Source: Syncephalis fuscata S228
Lineage: Eukaryota > Fungi > Zoopagomycota
Direction: 5' to 3'
Length of the DNA: 64,000 nucleotides
Assembly (NCBI GenBank): GCA_025786725.1
Contig: JAHLTZ010000009.1
Span: 434,001 to 498,000, forward strand
The notes under the pieces were generated by a model, which made no database searches, had not been told where the DNA came from, and saw nothing but the letters and a program-made list of their open reading frames with translations. How positions within the stretch are numbered: the first letter of the stretch is position 1; every line of letters begins with the position of its first letter. Of this stretch, positions 56,865 through 64,000 are shown one piece after another. The translations under genes were made by a program, and so were the position numbers.

Positions 56865-57887
56865 TCACGCCATAACAGATGTTTCTCCATTTGGATTAGC
56901 ATCATCATTATCATGTTTTTTATAGCTGGTGCGGTTCTTATTGCTTGTATCGCGTTTTTTACGACTTTGCTTTACGGATAATTCTGTAGAGCGGTGTGAG
57001 CTGGATCGACGGGGTCGACGCACCTTTACCACACCATCGATATCGATAAACCAAGGCCGAGGTCGTCCATGTAATCGCTGACTAGATGTAACATTAGCAA
57101 TTATAGACAATTGGTTTATGATAGCCGTATCGCTTACTAGAGACCGCATGCGTTACAAAGAACCCCTGTGCCCGATTCGTTTCTACGCCAACTTGGTGTG
57201 TGTACACATTGACAATTGGCGCATTGTCGGTCATTTACGGTAGCTACATCATCGTGTTTAACCACTAGATTCGGTAGCCATATGGATGGATACAAATTAG
57301 TAGCTAAGTTGCCTTGTATACTGTGCGGTGGCGTTTCCATTGATGATGGCAAGCTCAATGATAGATGCTGATTGGGTAAAAGTAAATGGAGTGCACTATT
57401 TAGCGCATTCCAAGTCGTGGTTTGTGTGCTTATTGTATTTGCTTCTTCACCGAATAAACTCAAAGAAGCAGCAGTTGTATTTGCTAGTGCATTACTAGCG
57501 CTTAATGCTAACAGTAAATCAGTCGCTATCTTGTTTTCAATACCATGATTTTCATCTATCGGCTCCAATAATGTAGCAGTATTAGCAGGATAGGTTGTAT
57601 CGATAGTGCAATGGACTATATACATTAGAACTACTAGGTGTAGCTTGGGTCGATATTGATGTATCGGTTAATAATGGATAACACGCCGCTTGAGATTGAA
57701 TTGCTAGCGATTCGGACCACGGCCATACGGATGAACTGGAATGGTCGACAGCATTGCTTGAAGTAGGGGCCATTGTTGCATCACTAATTGAACTGGCTGG
57801 CTGTGACCAAAATTCATGATTAGAGCTGAAATCGTAGTCGCCATCTTGCAATAAGTCAAGAATTGTTTTAAATCCTTCGTTCGACAT
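56865..57887 (-). CDS. GATA zinc-finger transcription factor
   Basis: CANCQCVHTPSWRR...VLCNACGL, intron about 57080-57137, then basic region RLHGRPRP. One probable frameshift near 57620. Confidence 0.85.
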
Positions 57888-58552
57888 TCAGAATAAATGA
57901 AAAAATGATATTTTAAATACAAGTCATATGCATAGCTATTAGGTGTATTTATACAACTTGTAAAATCAACACTAGAAAAGAATAAAGCACTAACCAGGAT
58001 ACTTACCGAGCAATCGACGGGCGTTTAAATTGAATAAATTTGTTTGTTGACAGCGTTGTGCATATTTATAACCTGCAGTATTTCTACATTGTACAACAGT
58101 AAATACTTGCGTCCTACCAATGGTATAGCGTGCGAACCGTATTTTAGCTGGTAATTTATCAGCACCATGCATATTTGACAATAAATATCAAGCTTATGCT
58201 TGATTCTTTAAATGATGTTAGATATTACCGAAATCTGAAAAAACAGGCGCTAATGACATCACAGCTTCACTAAGCGTAGACTATCAGTTTAGTTATATTG
58301 GCCAACACAAAACTTTTATTATATATAAATAGATTTTTCTTCATAGCAAGATAAAGAAACTTATGTAGTACAACATTAATATACTAATTGCAGCAACGTT
58401 ATTAGCAGCCCTTTGCGTGTTTCTTGCTTGTCTTTCCACCTTTTCTATTGCATTTCTTCCCAGCATTGGCATAATCTACACCAGCATTTTTGTGTATATA
58501 CTATCATTTCTGCAAATAAGCATTCTTTTTTGTTCTATCTGAGTGATCAACA

Positions 58553-59251
58553 ATGGCACTATCATTATGTTACCTGCAAATTACTTTATTTGCTTGGCTG
58601 TTTTATATAAATGTAAGTGGTATTAAGCGTGACATATATATACTTGATCAATAACAATGACATTGCATAGTCTACGTGGGGAGCCATGGAATTCATGACT
58701 ATTCCGCGAAAACAATATCGTACTATTTGCGCTACTCAACACACCCGCTATGTTTCGTATAATGCAACTGTACTTGGCGATAAAAAGGTGCCTGGCATTT
58801 ATATTATGCCTTTAACCGACTGGACGCAGATAGAAGAGTGTCAGCGTAAAAATGTATCAACAGATATTGTAAGAAAACGGTTCGATATACGCAACTCGTG
58901 CTTGCCTAGCACTACTGCCCCAAGTACTTCATCGTGTATTAAAGGAAGCAGTATGGCAGTTCTTTAGCAAAAGGCGAAATGCCATTTTGCATTGTATCGT
59001 ATAACGAATACTACAATGAGTCGATCAAATTACAGATCAACTACACTTTCACTAACAATAAGTTTTTATTGTATAGCAATGAATCAGAGGGTACTTATGT
59101 GCATGCTGCCGGTTTTAAACCTATAAATGGCACAGCTAACTCAAATGGCGTCGATAGTTTGCATTCGTTTACATTTGGTAGCTCACTTTGGATGTCGTCG
59201 GCTATTTTGTCATTTGTACTGGCAATTGTTATATTCACGATTAATTCATAA
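58553..59251 (+). CDS. Small signal-peptide protein with possible PA-like domain and hydrophobic C-terminus
   Basis: MALSLCYLQITLFAWLFYIN, intron 58613-58670, ...MAVLLAKGE... across a frameshift, C-terminal TM or GPI-like segment. Confidence 0.45.
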
Positions 59252-59426
59252 TAAATAAAGCTGCACAATGATTTGTTAAGTTAAAGTATGATTGCATCAG
59301 TTTATTTCGCCAATAAGCCTTAATTTATATATAAAATCCAAAACTAATTTAATATTATTTGCCTATTATACAATTTGCATTCAAAAATAAGCTATATATA
59401 TATACATATGTCAACGCATCAGCTTA

Positions 59427-60392
59427 TTATTTTGCAGTGGCAATTTGCGACAAATGAAGCATATGGTTAGTTTTAGGACGATATCCGGAGTTATCATTAT
59501 TTCTCATTTTTGGCAATGTTAATCAATATGGTTGCAACAATCATCCTATAAATATATTAGGTATATGTATACAATTAATTGCTAATGCTTACCAGTCGAT
59601 GGGAAAAAGTATATCGCGATTAGCATTGTCGAAACGACTAATTATAAGGGTGCAACAAATAAGATTTGTTAATAATGCCAGACATACTGTCTGTATCCCA
59701 TCCCGTGCTAGTCGTTTCCATGCATCAGATCCAAATAAGCGGTATTGATTGAAAGTAACACGGCAGAATATGATTGAAAAAAAACGTTGATGGGTGCATT
59801 CACTCCAATCCAGTACCAAAAAAAATAGTGGATAGTAGACTTCACAGCCAAGTTTCGCTTTCAGAGTAAAGAAAGAGTAGTATATCAAAATAAAAGTATA
59901 ACCATTTGCGGCAATATAAGGAGAATGCCAACATAGATAATCCACTTTTTTTGATAGAGAACCAAGTGAACTTTAAAAGAAGAAGCAAACTATTAAAGAT
60001 CATTCCTAGTGAAGTAAAAAACCCGGCTGACCATATAAGCATTCTACAATTAAGGCCATAGCCCATCAACATGACTATATGCATTATGTTATACAAAGTA
60101 CCAATACAGCAGCGTTAAACAGCACCATGAAAACATACTACGCGGTCGCGATATGGTCATTTTGGTAGTTATAACAATATTGTGTACAAAAATACAAAGC
60201 ATTGTAACAGAAAATATCATTTGAAGTTGCACGCCTATTAAACGAAGACGCTGTCATCGATATGACCTGAAGCATCCATTAAAAAATCAGGCACGCTTAT
60301 TTCACCAAATGGATGAGAGGAATACCCCATTGCTTTGTAGCATTATGCCTCCATTCAGTTTGCGTTGGATCGGTATAATTAATAAACGGCAT
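59427..60392 (-). CDS. GPCR-like multi-TM family, type A copy 4 (several indels)
   Basis: MPFINYTDPTQTEW...LARDGIQT...PIDW, intron, last exon ends SQIATAK*. The 5' part is nearly identical to copy 1. Confidence 0.7.
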
Positions 60393-61688
60393 TTGCGTTT
60401 TGTATATTGTGTAAATAGTAGTGTGTAAATGATAAAATAATAGATGTGTAGAAGCATAAGTCTGAGTGTTTTGCAATGTGATATTAAACAAGGGTCACTA
60501 CCGTTTTTGTGCCTCATGCATGGCAATTGCCGTGGGTACACGGGTATTTAGTCAAGCATGTACACGACGTCAGCTGCAGATTTTGCATCATCTAAGCTGG
60601 CAATAACACAAGTTGAATAATAGTAGTAATATATAGGCTGTTAAGTTTGAAGATAATGCTATGCCACAGCAACACAGCAACGTCAATATGACAAAGGATT
60701 TATAAAATATTAAATGCTTGTAGGATTTACATCTAGCAGAAATACAACAGCAGCATGTATAACCATGGCATGCATTGTGCCGTTTTTAGTAATTTTAGGT
60801 GGGTAACTGGCATAGCTTACCTGAGTGCTTGGTCAGTGATAGGTGATTTTTATGCTTAGATACCATGTATGTCTGAATTGACTTGTCTTAAAAACCTAAA
60901 GACAGAATCACGTATTGCTATGCAGTACAGTTGCTTAGGTAGATTATCAGAATTAAATTAAATAATACTGTTGTAAACAAGTACTATACTATTGTGCGTA
61001 TTCTAATTTTATTCTACAGTTTAATATAAAGCAAAAATAAAGCTCAATGCCTGCTATGCTAAAGACGTTGTCTATTGACTAGAATGTGTGCTAATTGTAC
61101 TATTTCCAACAGCATCAGTTACTCAATACGATTGTCATAATTGATATGCTTTGTTAGCCTTTCATACTAGTCACACTGGCTTTTTATCTTAAAAACTGGC
61201 CATTCACTTTAGTGGAATGACCTTTTTGTGGTATTTATAGCCATCCGATAACCAACATCCATATAGCACAGAATGACTAATTAACTGCGTAGCTATATTA
61301 TGATTTAATCAAAAACTAATGGTTTTACATGGTCAGTTTTAGTAGCCACAAATGCCATTGCGATTAGTATAATTCAGTGATCCATTGAGGCCTTTACTTT
61401 TAGTGGTGCGCAGCTAGCTATTCTTCTGCCATATGGCTCGTGAACGGATATCATATACATACAGCTATTCACTTCAGTATTATCGTGGCACATGCAACAA
61501 TTTCAAGATGCATGACAGATTTATGACAATAGATAATTGGTCCGTTCATATTATAGCCAGCACTTGATGGCTACAAGGCGTACTTCCTAGTTGTATCCAC
61601 ACTCTTTCAACTATTTGACCAAAGTTTTTATTAACACACACTAACACATTTATTATTGTATATTGTATTATTGCTATATATATATATA

Positions 61689-62655
61689 ATGCCAGTCATT
61701 AATTATAACAGCCATGAATATACTGAATGGATTAACAGCGACATAAAACAATGGGGAATCCGCCTTCATCCACTTGGTGAAATGCGTATATATGATTTTT
61801 TTATGGAAGCTTCTGGCGACATTGATAAACAGCGCCTTCGACTACTTAGTGTACAAGTCCAAATTGCAATGTTGTTATAGCGTCTTTTATATCTGGCGCA
61901 ATCTTGTTGTTGCCAGCAAAATGGTCATATCACGACCTCATAGCATGATATCCTGGTGCTGTTTTATTCCTTCTGTTTTAATATTATAGCTAGTTTGATG
62001 AACATATTTATATTCATAAATTTTTTGGTAATTGCCGAATTATTATATGGATTATTCTATTCAGTATGTCATTTACAATGATTGGCAACAGTTTGATACT
62101 GCTTCAAAAGACCTATCTGGTGCTTTGTCGACAAAATGGATACTTTATATTAGTATTCCATTTATAATGGCACAGCTCGCCTTTGTCCCATTACAATTTG
62201 TTATAGTTTTTTACTTTAGAAGAAAAAGTTGGTTGTATGGATTACTCCCTCAGGCTTTCTATGGTATTGGTTTCTAGTTAATGTGCCAATCAATGTGCTA
62301 TTCTCTGTTATCTTTTGCCACATTGCTTTAAAGCAGTATCGTTTATTTGGATCAGATGCATGGAAGAAATTGGCACGCGATGGAATACAAGTAATGGCTT
62401 TGGCCACGTTATGCAATACTCTTGTTCAATAACTCCTATTATGCCTATAAGCAAAGCCTATTCTGACGAATTTTTCATCATAGATTGGTAAGTAATGATA
62501 AATAGTTGTTTATATAAAACTAACATAAAAATAGGATGTTTGTTACAACAATACTAATCAATCATTGCAAAAATGCATCCAGAAATATTGGCTTTGCACA
62601 CCAACCAAAAACCGATTACATACTTAATTTATCTCAAATTGCTACTACAAAATAA
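61689..62655 (+). CDS. GPCR-like multi-TM family, type B copy 2 (many indels, possibly a pseudogene)
   Basis: MPVINYNSHEYTEW...WKKLARDGIQ...IIDW, intron, last exon ends SQIATTK*. Upstream region is homologous to 8650-9060. Confidence 0.65.
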
Positions 62656-63116
62656 TTTGTTAATAAATATGCGTATTAGCATTCGTGTTATAAGCAAACC
62701 TTTAAATTAGCAACTTAATTATGTGTAAAGCTTTATAAATAGAATATACTTGTTTTTATTTGTTGTAATTATGTGTTGAAATAGTGCTTGCTAGCATAGA
62801 TTATTTATCACGGAAACAGGTGTAATAATAAACATGTGATTAATAAAATAATGAATACAACAAAAGCATATATATTATTTAGCATCGAATTTCAGTACAC
62901 TATAGAGCATATCACCAGTAAATTAATAATTTTATTAATAAAACGACACTTTAATCAAATTACTATTTAAAATTGCTATATTTATTTTCTTTATAAATTA
63001 GCTGATGTAAATAGGTGATGGGCAAACTTTTTAAATAAATGAAAAACAATATCAATATATTCTAAAAATAAGCTATATGTCTTAATATATTATTTATTAT
63101 AATTATTGTTGATAGA

Positions 63117-64000
63117 ATGCTTATCGCGTGAGCTATTTGAACGATGGTGCCCAGATACAAAAATGGTGTTATTATTACTGGTTATTCGATCGATGGTACA
63201 TTGGCCAAGGTAATTGTATTTAATCACCATCTAATAGCTTATTAACATTGCTATTAGCATATCCTTAGTGAACCGTCTGAAATACAATCAATGGCCGGTG
63301 CTAAGCTGCCACTACGCATGTCGGTCGACTACATTTCCTTTTCAGCTCACGTTGATTTTACGCAAAACAGCAGTTTATTGAAGAGGTTGATGCACCAAAT
63401 CTAGTAGTCACATATAGCAAGTTGGCATTAGATATAGCTAATTACGACTAGGTATTGGTCCACGGTGATGCAAATGCTATGCATCGACTACGCAATGCAT
63501 GGAAAGCCGCTACAAAGAACGCAACAAGCCGGTCAACATCTACACGCCGCGTAACTGCGAGACAGTACAGCTTCATTTTCGAGGCGAAAAGCGTGCCAAG
63601 GTACTACTGATATTGGAGCACACTGAATCAAACACTAATACGGCAATTTAATGGTTTATTGCCATGCTAGACGGTAGGGAAATTGGCCGAAAAAATGCCT
63701 ATTGAAGACCAATTGATATCGGGTGTCATGGTGGCAAAAGACTACCAGTACAGCATTATGGCATCGATGGATCTGGAAGATTTAGTGGTCTATCGACAAG
63801 TAGAATCCGCCAACGCATGAGCATTCCATGTCGTGCAACTCTATCATTGGTGCGCTATCAACTGCAGCAAATGTACGGCGCCATTGATGAATCTAGACTG
63901 AATCTCGAATCAGCCAATAATGATTGGTCAAAGCCGGCTACCGTCAAATATACCGTAAGTAGGACGATGATCTTTCTATTGCTTATTGACCATTTATATC
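63117..64000 (+). CDS. YSH1: CPSF73/Ysh1 endonuclease, C-terminal part only, runs off the window end
   Basis: [66 protein letters not shown]-terminal MBL exons not found upstream. Confidence 0.75.

Overview
AT-rich, intron-rich eukaryotic DNA: a fungal nuclear genome with short GT-AG introns and the standard code. Gene style suggests an early-diverging fungus, possibly a Zoopagomycota mycoparasite such as Syncephalis, but that is inference only. Many conserved genes are split by single-base indels, often near homopolymers, which are probably assembly errors. Housekeeping genes: a DUF2828/vWA protein, a Hoy1/Phx1-like homeobox factor, an ABCC transporter, an APC amino-acid permease, POP5, CHO2, RTR1, TSC13, LSM7, SPF1, an ING/PHD protein and a GATA factor, plus 3'-only fragments of midasin and YSH1. 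Accessory content: six paralogues of a GPCR-like multi-TM family plus one divergent relative, a tRNA-derived SINE with a 17-bp target-site duplication, and several small secreted proteins. The main finding is a secreted prepro-peptide gene (28613-29813) whose mature peptide is encoded by 13 consecutive 3-nt micro-exons, each between 66-79-nt introns that are mostly tandem copies of one unit. Full splicing gives MKFSIAIVCTFIVAFMASTAMVDAMPTLVRR-EPDVTADAEVSLAGS*, and every exon-skipping combination stays in frame and stop-free. Two paralogues share its upstream region, leader and 3' flank: a degenerate micro-exon copy (17978-18569) and an intronless copy with a 6-Cys core (42106-42300).
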